From: Octopus vulgaris
Taxonomy: Eukaryota
Direction of reading: 5' to 3'
Length of the DNA: 64,000 bases
Assembly (NCBI GenBank): GCA_951406725.2
Contig: OX597819.1
Span: forward strand, 127,658,001 to 127,722,000
The notes under the pieces were generated by a model, which saw nothing but the letters and a program-made list of their open reading frames with translations, was not told the origin of the DNA and did no database searches. Shown in pieces: positions 53,100 through 64,000 of the stretch. Numbering within the stretch: the first letter of the stretch is position 1; every line of letters starts with the position of its first letter. A program made the translations under genes and the position numbers.

Positions 53100-54300
53100 T
53101 AAGTGTTTATTATCTTCTTTCTTCTCTGCTCAAACTGTCATTCTTTTATAATGACATGTCTTGTGATCTTGCATTGTCCCTCATATTGTGCCGCATGAAT
53201 TACGGTGTAACAATCTCTCTTTATGTTCAGAGAAACTTTGATCCAATGTGTTGGCATTGAGCTGATCTGCAGCCTCCTCATCAACAGTACATGTATATTC
53301 TTACCTCATTGATGTGGCGTAAGAAACTTTCTTTCACTAAAATGCATGACATTTTTTATATATTGAATCAAACAAGAATATGAAATACGCTATTTTAAAA
53401 TTTTATTCCTCTTCTTTTTTTTATCCTTAAAAAATATCAGCAAGATTCTTATGGTCTATTACTCCCAGTATATTCACGCTCAGGTGGTGTTAATTTTTCT
53501 TACAAGCTCTATTACAGATTGCTCTGGTAAACACTTCATGCCTCATGCAAAGGTACTATATAGAGTACTTTCTCTCATAATTGGCCATGATACGAGTAAT
53601 ACTTCCGGCTTTAGTTTCTGCAGAGTCTACATTTGTTTTCACCTGAGGAATTCTGCTTTTTGTGCAGAAGGTATCTTGTAGTCATTTCTTGCTCTTGAAT
53701 TTCTTGGGGGTAATTTCAAAATTTAAAACATTTTGGTTCTACATGCCAGGTTTTTAATGTAGTTTCTAACTTTTATGGTCTGTGATTTTTTGTTTAAATT
53801 ACCCATGTATAACCTTCCTGGGGAACTGGCCAATTTTAAAATTCTTTTTTGTATTATTACTTTTCAAATGTCACCACAAGAAGTTTACTACTTGGCCTAA
53901 AGGTGTATTATTTTCGTACTCACAACCATTAACGAGATCATTGCTGACCCAGTTTTCAGCGGAATAGTTTGTCTCGATGTTAGATCACCCATGCCACATG
54001 ATGTTGATAGATTTGAGGGCACGACATCTTTGCATTGGAAACATGATTTGTCTATATCTGGTAATGTTGAAACCTCTGGAAACACACCCCATGAGCATAC
54101 TTCCAGCTCATTATGAAATGCTTAGTACTCAATCCAGAAGGCCAAAAATAATTGTAACGAGAAGGTTGGCAATTGTGATGTGAATGATATGCTGCTTGTA
54201 GGATGAGAGTTCTGATGACATACTTTACTCTGTTCAGGTATTCGTACTTTTCCCGATCCTTATTGACCAGTCCACATTACCAGACATTCTCATTCTGTAT
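53100..54300 (-). mobile_element. R4/Dong-like non-LTR retrotransposon fragment, decayed
   Basis: Minus translation QEQEMTTRYLLHKK..NKCRLCR at 53697-53617 resembles the R4-clade Q.Q...T..Y..CRLC zinc knuckle; boundaries approximate. Confidence 0.55.
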
Positions 54301-54626
54301 GAGAATGCTAGGAATTGAACCCACAAACTTACGATCGTAAGCCCAATGCTCCTTACCACTAAACAACGCGCCTTCACACGAATACAGACACTAATTCTTT
54401 GAAGTATTCACAGAAAAGAAACATAATCAAACTACAATTAAACACATAAACTCATCCGTAAACATTGATTGTAACACTTTGACAAATGTAAAATTTGAAA
54501 TCAAAACAATTTTGGTAAAATTATGAACCAGATAGAAACAGTGAACCGGAAGAAAAAAAAAGTATATTGATGATATATTATGTTATGTTAGCCGGGTGGT
54601 AGCATAACTCTGTCATGCAGAAACGG

Positions 54627-54866
54627 AAGTGCTCTTCAATATCATCACAAGCGAATAAATTGCAAATTGTAAGGAAGAAAACAAAAACTGGCCAGTGTAT
54701 CGAGGGTACCTGAAACACATACGGGTGCCACTTTTCTACCCATTTAAGTGCTCTTCAATATCATCACAAGCGAATAAATTGCAAATTGTAAGGAAGAAAA
54801 CAAAAACTGGCCAGTGTATCGAGGGTACCTGAAACACATACGGGTGCCACTTTTCTACCCATTTAA
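54627..54866. repeat. Perfect 119-bp tandem duplication
   Basis: Units start at 54627 and 54746 and read identically. Confidence 0.9.
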
Positions 54867-55001
54867 ATCTGATATGAGGTATCAGTGAGTGTTGTTGACA
54901 CATGTTTTACAGTACAAGTTTGCTGGTGAATGCAGACGTTACGCAACTGTATGTGAATGAATGGATCAGCGTGGGTATACAAGGGCTGATGCTCCACTAC
55001 C

Positions 55002-55229
55002 CATTTCTTTACTACCCACAAGGGGCTAAACGCAGAAGGGACAAACAAGGACAGACAAACGGATCAAGTCGATTATATCGACCCCAGTGCGTAACTGGTA
55101 CTTATTTAATTGACCCCGAAATGATAAAAGGCAAAGTCGACCTCGGCGGAATTTGAACTCAGAACGTAGCAGCAGAGAAAATACCACTAAGCATTTCGCC
55201 CGGCGCGTTAACGTTTCTACCAGCCCGCC
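55002..55229 (-). mobile_element. SINE family A, single body
   Basis: TSD GATGCTCCACTACC at 54988-55001 and 55230-55243. Confidence 0.9.
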
Positions 55230-55823
55230 GATGCTCCACTACCACTACCACAAGAACAACATGGAGCCATCTTCCATCGTAGTGGAGAAAAACAAAATGA
55301 AAACAATTATATTGGCGGTTTACTGCGAAGAGCTTAGTTGCTATACTTTTAGTATGGAATCGTAAAAATTGTTACAGCAAAAGAAAGCGGTGGTCAACAA
55401 GAGACAACGACTAGAGCCGGCCCCTGAAATGGTTTCAGTGTTAAAGAACCACCGAGAGAGTCGATAAGATTCCTCTCCCAGGAAGCCTTTTGTCCCTATT
55501 AGTGACTTGTTATTAATTTCGTGATTTTTGTATTTCTTCATGTTGCAGACACAACTGCTTCAACCAACTGGATAGCGCCATTTTTGACTGCACTTTTCTA
55601 CTTACATATTTTTTCTGAATATATTTTTTTATTGACTTATTCAAAACAACATGACAGTTTACTGTCATGATTGCAGAGAACACATACTGAGGAAGAAGTG
55701 TTTTCATTTTTCATCGAAACCCACTTTCTGCAGTTCTCAGTTAACAATACCATTACTGCTACCACTACCATTGTCTTCCACAGAGGTGGATGAGGACGAA
55801 AGATTCAGTTCCACCAATAACCT

Positions 55824-56230
55824 ATTTCTTTATTACCCACAAGGGGCTAAACACAGAGGGGACAAACAAGGACACACAAACGGATTAGGTCGATTGTATC
55901 GACTCCAGTGCGTAACTGGTACTTAATTTATCGACCCCGAAAAGATGAAAGACAAAGTCGACCTCGGCGGAATTTGATCTCAGAACGTAACGGCAGACGA
56001 AATACCTATTTCTTTACTACCCACAAGGGGCTGAGCACAGAGAGAACAAACAAGGACAGACAAACGGATTAAGTCGATTACATCGACCCCAGTGCGTAAC
56101 TGGTACTTAATTTATCGACCCCGAAAGGATGAAAGGTAAAGTCGACTTTGGTGGAATTTGAACTCAGAACGTAACGGCAGACGAAATACGGCTACGCATT
56201 TCGCCCGGTGCGTTAACGTTTCTGCCAGTC
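55824..56230 (-). mobile_element. SINE family A dimer
   Basis: Two body units; TSD TTCCACCAATAACCT at 55809-55823 and 56237-56251. Confidence 0.9.
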
Positions 56231-56399
56231 ACGAAATTCCACCAATAACCTGTCAGACTACGAAACAATTCTGTTAAACAACAAAACAACACTGGAGCGG
56301 GAAAAGATTAACACCATAATGAGCATCAAACGCCAGAATAAGAACTGCAGCAACGCCACCAGATCAGCTATGATCCAGTCATCAAACAAGCGTAACAAA

Positions 56400-57396
56400 T
56401 ATCGTGCGAAATGAAAGATGAAACGAGGCTTTATCTGTTCCTCTGAAGAATTTGAAAGTGCAGAAGAAATGTGAGAGATCGGCAAAGGACTGGCGCCCCA
56501 AGAAAAACGATGGCGCAGTTGGACCGTCAAATCCACCGACTCTCGGAAGGCAACTGAATGCTGACAGACGTTGACATTTGTCCAATGAGAATGGTGTTAT
56601 TTTTACACCATAAACCGTCCGCAACCGTTTGAGAGAATTTGGACTACATGGACGAATCGCTAGGAAAAAGCCAATAATATTAGAAAAAGTCGACTCAAAC
56701 GCCTTAATTTCGCAAAAAGCCATGCTCTATGAACTGCCGAAGATTGGTGCAGGGTCCTTTGGAGTGACGAGTCACGCTTCTGAATATTTGGATCAGATGG
56801 TAAAACATATGTCAGACGTCGTCCAACCGAGGAATTCCATCCGAAATGCGTGAAAAAGACGATGCAAGCGTTGGTGGGGTGATGGTGTGGGTGGCATTTA
56901 GTAGCTTTGGTGTTGGCCCTCTAGTTAAAGGTGATGGAAAGCTAAATTGTGTAGGTTTTATGAATCTAATAAAGGATAATGTTGTGCCATATTTGACTCA
57001 CCAAATGCCTCCGAGGTCTATTTATCAGCAGGACAATAGTCCTGTGCACAAATCCAAAAGGTTATGGAATTATTTGATCACCATAATATTGACGTAATGG
57101 AATGGCCTCCCCAGAGCCCGAACCTAAATCCGATCGAGAACTTGCAGAATTATGTTAAAAAAACCATCTAATCTAAAACAATTATTCGATTGTATCAATG
57201 AAATATGGCAAAACATTCCCATAGAATTTTGTAATCAATTAGCGAATTCAGTGCCGAGGCGTTGTTCACTAGTTGTTAAGAATGAAGACAACAACACAAA
57301 GTACTAATATGTATTTCGTTCTTGTTGCTCATTTTCGCTACAAACTTCAGCTTTAAATAAAATTATAATGGTACGGTCTAATTTTGCCGGTAAATG
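56400..57396 (+). mobile_element. Tc1-like transposon, decayed transposase
   Basis: TVRNRLREFGLHGRIARKKP, WSDES, GGVMVW..GVGPLV, QQDNSPVHKS and EWPPQSPNLNPIENL; left TIR not identified. Confidence 0.9.
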
Positions 57397-57440
57397 TATG
57401 TATGTAAATACAGACATACACATGCGTATTTATATATACA

Positions 57441-57809
57441 CTAGCAGTATCGCCCGGCGTTGCTCGGGTTTGTAAGGGAAATAACTATAAAGCATTTTTA
57501 GAGAGTTATAGCCCAAAAATGGAAAAAAAATGATGGTAAATTTTTTTAGTTAAAAAGGTCGAGTTGCGTCCCCTAGACAGCCTGTGGTTTGTGTTTCTGA
57601 TTCTCGACCCCATGTCGAATTTATCGATTTTTTTCAGAACTGGGGGAACTTTTCAAAATTTTCCCTGCGTTAGTTTTGAATTATGACATTGGGCTATGTG
57701 TGTGTCAAGTTTCATCAGAATCGGTTGAAAGCCGTGGTCAGGGTGAGAGTACAACCTAACAGACACACAGAAACACACACAGACAAACTGCCGTTTATAT
57801 ATATAGAGA
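57441..57809 (-). mobile_element. Non-autonomous Helitron
   Basis: Near-identical to 39172-39554; TC..CTAG termini, A|T site. Confidence 0.9.
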
Positions 57810-58049
57810 TGCATATGCATACATAGACAGGCGTACATTCACATACATACATACATGGACTTACATAAATGCATATATACACACATACATAAACATACAT
57901 ACATACATGTACACCCAGACATGCACATACACACACATATCCATACACATACATAAATACATATGCATGCACATACAGATACAAGCATACAAATACATAC
58001 ACACATACACCAACATACATATATATACACAGACATGCATACACACACA

Positions 58050-58337
58050 CAGGTTTTTATGTTACCTAACTTATGTTTGCATCTGCTTACAATTTCGTTT
58101 TCAATGTTATCCTTTGCCGAGCCGAGCCAAGCCGAACCGAACCGAATCGAACCGGACCGGACCGGACCAGACCGGACTCGTAGCCGTGGACAGTGAGCCC
58201 AGTGAGCTAAGTAAGACCCTAAGTAAGACATGTGTAAAATTTGAATGAAATTGGTTGTGTAGTTCTCAAGTTTTGGGGATTCACTCAGACAGACAGACAG
58301 ACAGACACACACACATTGTCAGTTTTATACATATAGA
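58050..58337 (-). mobile_element. Helitron-like 5' fragment with internal pentamer repeats
   Basis: Minus strand starts TCTATATGTATAAAACTG..(GTCT)n; graded (GCCGA)/(ACCGA)/(ACCGG) array. Confidence 0.6.
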
Positions 58338-59653
58338 TTGTTGCATGTTATTGTAATAGCGAAAGATTGTCTTCGACATAAACGAGACGGATTTTTTATT
58401 TTTTTATTTTTTATGTTTATTCAAAATTTATTAGGTTATAATATAAATAAGTTATTGGATTGTGAAGGATAGCTCTCTATTTAATTTTTTTTGTAATTTG
58501 CATAATACCCATATTTATATGGATTCAACAGACATACCAGTGAGGTGGATGTTTCACACACCCGCGATCTAATCGACTGGCCCCACTTCCCCAAAAATTC
58601 CTGCCCCGTGCCTATATATATATATATAATTATATATATATAATTTGTATACATTTGTATATATGCGTACACACATACACACATATATATATAATGTGTG
58701 CATTATGTGGTCGGTTGAGCTGAAAATATGCACACCTATGTTAAAAGTGCTGGCGAGTTTGCATGGCAACTATTTTTTTCCTCAAATGAAAGGCATGACC
58801 TCTGGGACAAAATTCCTCATCTTATAGAATGTGGCCCGAGTAGACCTGAATGAAATCGAGTTATATTAACCAAAATGTGAAAAGGGGTCTAAATGGGGCT
58901 GAGAGGGGATTAAAATTTATAGGAGCGGGTGTTTAGGTATTCTCTATTACATCAAGCTAAAAAATTTGCGCTAGCCTTTAAATCTTCAATGTGTTGCATT
59001 CCATGATGAAGAAGTTTTGAATTCTTGCCATGGTGAGTCTACTGTCGTGAGAAAGAATCACTTCAAAACTTGGTGTTTACGAATTTTCTTTTACATCAAG
59101 TTCAAAATTTTACGCCAGCCTTTAAACTGCCACTACGTTGCTGTCCGTCGTTAAGAAATGCCAGAAATCTACTATCCTCAGATTCTATCCCTTCAAACGT
59201 TGGTTTCCAATATTTTTTTTTTTTTTCAGCTCGCAAGTTCGTCTGTCCCTTTTAAATGTTAGTGTTTTGCTGTCTGCGTTGAAGTAGACCTTTCCGTTGT
59301 CACTGCCTGATATTTATGATTTTTTCTAGTTCCACGCGGAGGGGTGATACGAGCGAATGGTGTGCATGCTGTCTGCCAGTATATTTGTTGATAGTTTGGT
59401 GAAAATGGCTTATACATTTGAATGAATAGGCCAGAAAGAAACTGTAGGCCGAAAAGTGATACCAGGTAAGGGTCATAGTTATCTTAAATATGTGGGATTC
59501 CTTAATTAACCTTAAGAGGCACTTACACCGTTTGTGAAGTTTCTGTTGTTCTTGTTTTATTCTCTGTTGTTCATGATATGGTTTTTACCAAGTGAAAACA
59601 CTGTTTTTCTCCTGGTAAAAATTACTATTATAGTATTTGTTGTTGCCGTTGGA

Positions 59654-59654
<1 letters not shown>

Positions 59655-59741
<87 letters not shown>
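59655..59741. repeat. (ATT)n microsatellite
   Basis: Direct reading. Confidence 0.95.
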
Positions 59742-59742
<1 letters not shown>

Positions 59743-60787
59743 ACAGTCTCATCCACAAAGTCTCCATTAACATTATCCATTTCCTTATTCTATCGGAGTA
59801 AGTGCATTCATATATCAGCGTTGATTTTAATCTGTTCTCAAATTCTCGTAACTTTCTGCTAATATAGGTTCATCAGAATTAGTACAGTGCCGGATAAACG
59901 CTTCGTAGTCTCTTTGCATGACAAATTTGGTTCATAATGGAAAGATTCGGGTTTAAACTTATGAGACATATCAATGTTTGTGAGCCCACTTCTGCATTAA
60001 GGTTTTATCCACCAATCGAGTCTCTTCATAACAAAATTGCCTTAACTTATAACCTCGGATCAGACCTGAGACTAAGAGTTAAATTATGCAGATAGGATGT
60101 AATTAAAATAGAAAACGCTACACTGTCACACAGATTGTATCTGAGAATTATGTTAATAGTTACACTCAACCACGTGCATTATAGAAAGTTAGCTACCCTA
60201 ACCAAAATATTAGTCTACTTGTCGAAACTGACGTGAAGCCCATTTACTTAATGTACGAGAGGAAAGCCTTTGTGCCAGGATTAAAAGTTTCGCATTTCTA
60301 CCTATAAGGTTAGCCGAAAGCTTAAACGTTATTACTCTACATTCTAAAAGTAACGTTGAAATCTTCCTAAATTCGCTAAATTCGAAAAGGTCACGTTAGA
60401 AGATATGGTCCTAGGTTTCCAGTACATATGAAATAAACGGAATTATAATTGCTGGAGCGCCTTTCTTTGGTCAAAAGTTTACTCATCAAAGTTTGAACTG
60501 GGCCTAAACAACTCAACGGCAAAAAGAGCCTCTACGTTGTTGTTCGACTTGTTACACGCCGCTCCTTTTTCGTTTAACATTTTTTTTTTCACAAAAATGA
60601 AAGAATCCTTTCAACAATGTGGTTCTTGGTATACAAAAGAAGGTGACATTCATAGCTAATATACTTTTGATCATAACTCTGCTCGATCAGGCTGACCTGA
60701 CGCTAGGGAACAACAAGAAAAGCAACATAACTTTCCATCTTCTTGAGTTCGGTAAAATAAGCACTAATCAAGTACTGTGTGTGTGTT

Positions 60788-61170
60788 GGAGGCGCAATGG
60801 CCCAGTGGTTAGGGCAGCGGACTCGCGGTCATAAGATCGCGGTTTCGATTCCCAGACCGGGCGTTGTGAGTGTTTATTGAGCGAAAACACCTTAGAGCTC
60901 CACGAGGCTCCGGCAGGGGTGGTGGTGATCCCTGCTGTACTCTTTCACCACAACTTTCTCTCACTCTTACTTCCTGTTTCTGTTGTACCTGTATTTCAAG
61001 GGGCCGGCCTTGTCACTCTCTGTGTCACGCTGAATATCCCCGAGAACTACGTTAAGGGTACATGTGTCTGTGGAGTGCTCAGCCACTTACACGTTAATTT
61101 CACGAGCAGGCTGTTCCGTTGATTCGGATCAACCGGAACCCTCGTCGTAGTAACCGACGGAGTGCTTCCA
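60788..61170 (+). mobile_element. SINE family D, full length
   Basis: Near-identical to 42644-43024. Confidence 0.9.
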
Positions 61171-61401
61171 CATGTATGTGTGTGTGTGTGTGTGCGTGTC
61201 TATGTGCGGGAATGGCCTTGACTGCGATGGGATTAAACTCTTAGTTTTAACCATTCCTCAAAATGTGTGGCCTTGTGCCAATTAGAAATAATCATAATTT
61301 TTTTGCTATTACCACAATCAACGTCATTGGTTTGCTTCCTTCTACTTCCCGCGTCTCTCCTTTTCTCTCTCTTTCCGCTTCTGGAAGTATTCTCTCTCTC
61401 G

Positions 61402-61432
<31 letters not shown>

Positions 61433-61561
61433 ACGCTTGCCCCTCTCACTGTTGTAATTATTATACGGGTGATCATTTAAGGAGCGAATGGGTTGGTATT
61501 TTTGGATGTTAAAACATGTGCGCTACTGTGTATGTAAATATTCTTGTGTGCGTGTATGTGA

Positions 61562-61600
<39 letters not shown>

Positions 61601-61744
61601 ACTGTAGGAAGGTGAATATGTCAGCATATTTAAGGAAGCGTTTAATGCACTGTTTTCAGTGAATATGCCTGTCGGTTTGTTTGTGAATGTGTATGTACAT
61701 ATGTACCTTTTTTATCTACACACACACACACACACACACATACA

Positions 61745-61794
<50 letters not shown>

Positions 61795-61999
61795 ACTATA
61801 GATAGGTACATAGATAGAGAGAGAGAAAAAAGGAAGAGGGACAGACAGACAGACAGATAAATATATGTATATATATGTACATATATATTCACAAATATGT
61901 ATGTATATATATATATATGTATAGACATTAAATATAAATTATAAATTACAAAGTGGGACAAGAACGCAAAAACACACAAAGGGACGTCATAAAAAAACA

Positions 62000-62040
<41 letters not shown>

Positions 62041-62079
62041 ATTTATATATATATATAAACATATGCATACATACATACA

Positions 62080-62112
<33 letters not shown>

Positions 62113-62249
62113 GTACATACCTACACCTATATGTATATATACATGCATATATATACAGGACACTACAAATTAAACGTAGAACACAACGAGAAACGAAAAC
62201 ATAAAACCAAACAAGGAAACGGACTATACATATATATTTATATCGGTAC

Positions 62250-62825
62250 ACCCGTGGCTGTGTAGTAAGCGGTTTGCTTCTCATCAGTTGTATGATTTAG
62301 GGTTCAGTCCCACTGCGTGGCACCCCTTGGCCGGATGTTTTCTGCTATAGCCTCGGGCCGACCAAAACCTTGTGAATGATCTTGGTTGATGGAAACTGAA
62401 AGAAACCTGTCGTGGGGTATCTGCTCCTTCCTCCCCTTTGGATTTGTTCCTCTTTCCGACGAGAATCTATGCTCGAAACGTCATTTCCACGTCTATTTTT
62501 CCCCTTAAAGCTTTCACTAAGTGTCAGTCTGATATATTTACAGAGTTCGACCACTTGACTTTTGTTGGTTTTCCCTGTTCTAAATTTTCAATTTATCTTT
62601 GTGTGTGTGTGCGTGTGTGTGTGTGTGTTTGTCTTCCAACACCACTTGACGATCGGCGTTGGCGTGCTTACGTCACCATAACCTTGCGGTTAGGCCAAAG
62701 AAACCGAGAGAATATGTACCAGGTTTAGTAAAACCGTGAGTACTAGGGTCAATTCGCTTGACTAAAATTCTTCAGCGCGGTGCCCCAGCATGGTCGCAAT
62801 CTATTTGAAAGTCTAAACGAAAGAT
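62250..62825 (+). mobile_element. SINE family B with a ~190-bp insert in its central linker
   Basis: Head 62250-62412, insert to about 62600, tail to about 62825. Confidence 0.7.
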
Positions 62826-62861
62826 ATATACATATGCGTATATACGTATATATTTACATGT

Positions 62862-62914
<53 letters not shown>

Positions 62915-62917
<3 letters not shown>

Positions 62918-63142
62918 TTTTACTACCCACAAGGGCCTAAACACAGAGGAGACAAGCAAGGACAGACAAAGCGATTAAGTCGATTCCATCGACCCCAGTG
63001 CGTAACTGGTACTTAATTTATCGACCCTGGAAGGATGAAAGGCAAAGTCGACCTCGGCGGAATTTGAACTCGGAACGTAATGGCAGACGAAATACGGCAA
63101 CGCATTTCGCCCGGCGTGCTAACGTTTCTGCCAGCTCGCCGC

Positions 63143-63143
<1 letters not shown>
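62915..63143 (-). mobile_element. SINE family A, single body, in (TA)n
   Basis: Homology. Confidence 0.9.
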
Positions 63144-63203
<60 letters not shown>

Positions 63204-63436
63204 GTGTGTGTGAGAGTAAGTATAAAGTATATATGCATACGTAAATATATCTGCATATTTATACACCAACATATTTGAGTATACATATATATATATATTC
63301 TTATATATTTACATACATATGTACGTGCACATACACGTAAAAACACAAGCAGAAAAATGTGTTTGAAGGGAAAGAGAGAGGGGAAGAAAGAAAGAAAGAA
63401 AGAAAGAAAGGAAGAGAGTAGGAGAAAGCCACAAGC

Positions 63437-63478
<42 letters not shown>

Positions 63479-63843
63479 GGAAATTACCACCCAATTCTTA
63501 AAAATAAACCCGCAGATTAATTCCCACGCGGTAACTTCTCTATTTGACTTTGTATATCAACGCGACATACAGACGCCTCCATTGACCAATTCATCTCGAA
63601 TAATTTTGCTTTCCTTTCTGTTTTTGTGTTTTTTTATTACTTTACTTTCTATCGTTAGTTAATTTCTTTGTTTCTTTTCTCTTTTTATAATTCTTTCTTC
63701 TCCGCCTGCCTTTCTTCCTAAACGCTTATTTTCTTCCCCTTTTCTTCCCTTCTTTCCTTCCTTCTTTCTCTCTTTCTTTGTTTCTTTCATTTTTTGTTTG
63801 CTTTCATGCCTTCTATTTTCTTGTGTTTTGTAGTTTTACATCG

Positions 63844-63970
<127 letters not shown>

Positions 63971-64000
63971 TGTATGTATTCCATCCACTTTATCAACAGA

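Overview
AT-rich, microsatellite-saturated eukaryotic non-coding DNA. The repeat families (tRNA-derived SINEs with internal microsatellites, very dense (TA)n/(CA)n/(TATG)n/(ATT)n) look like an octopus/coleoid cephalopod genome; this is an inference from repeat style. No intact host gene is recognisable, and almost all ORFs in the track are microsatellite artefacts. The window holds decayed transposons: Penelope-like elements (PLEs; RT and GIY-YIG fragments of at least three types), RTE, CR1, L2-group, HERO-like and R4/Dong-like LINE fragments, one mariner, one Tc1, non-autonomous Helitrons, MITEs and several SINE families, many with target-site duplications. The most notable signal is a set of roughly a dozen type I hammerhead-ribozyme(-like) motifs. 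They belong to several unrelated short non-coding elements embedded in (TA)n arrays, have short palindromic stem III (dimer-type), include non-canonical cores (G3-C8 swap, U3-A8, U4C, A6U), and often lie within fold-back elements whose inverted arm stops at a fixed position. This looks like a diverse population of PLE-mobilised, ribozyme-bearing non-autonomous retroelements. All motifs were read by eye; none were folded computationally or tested for cleavage.
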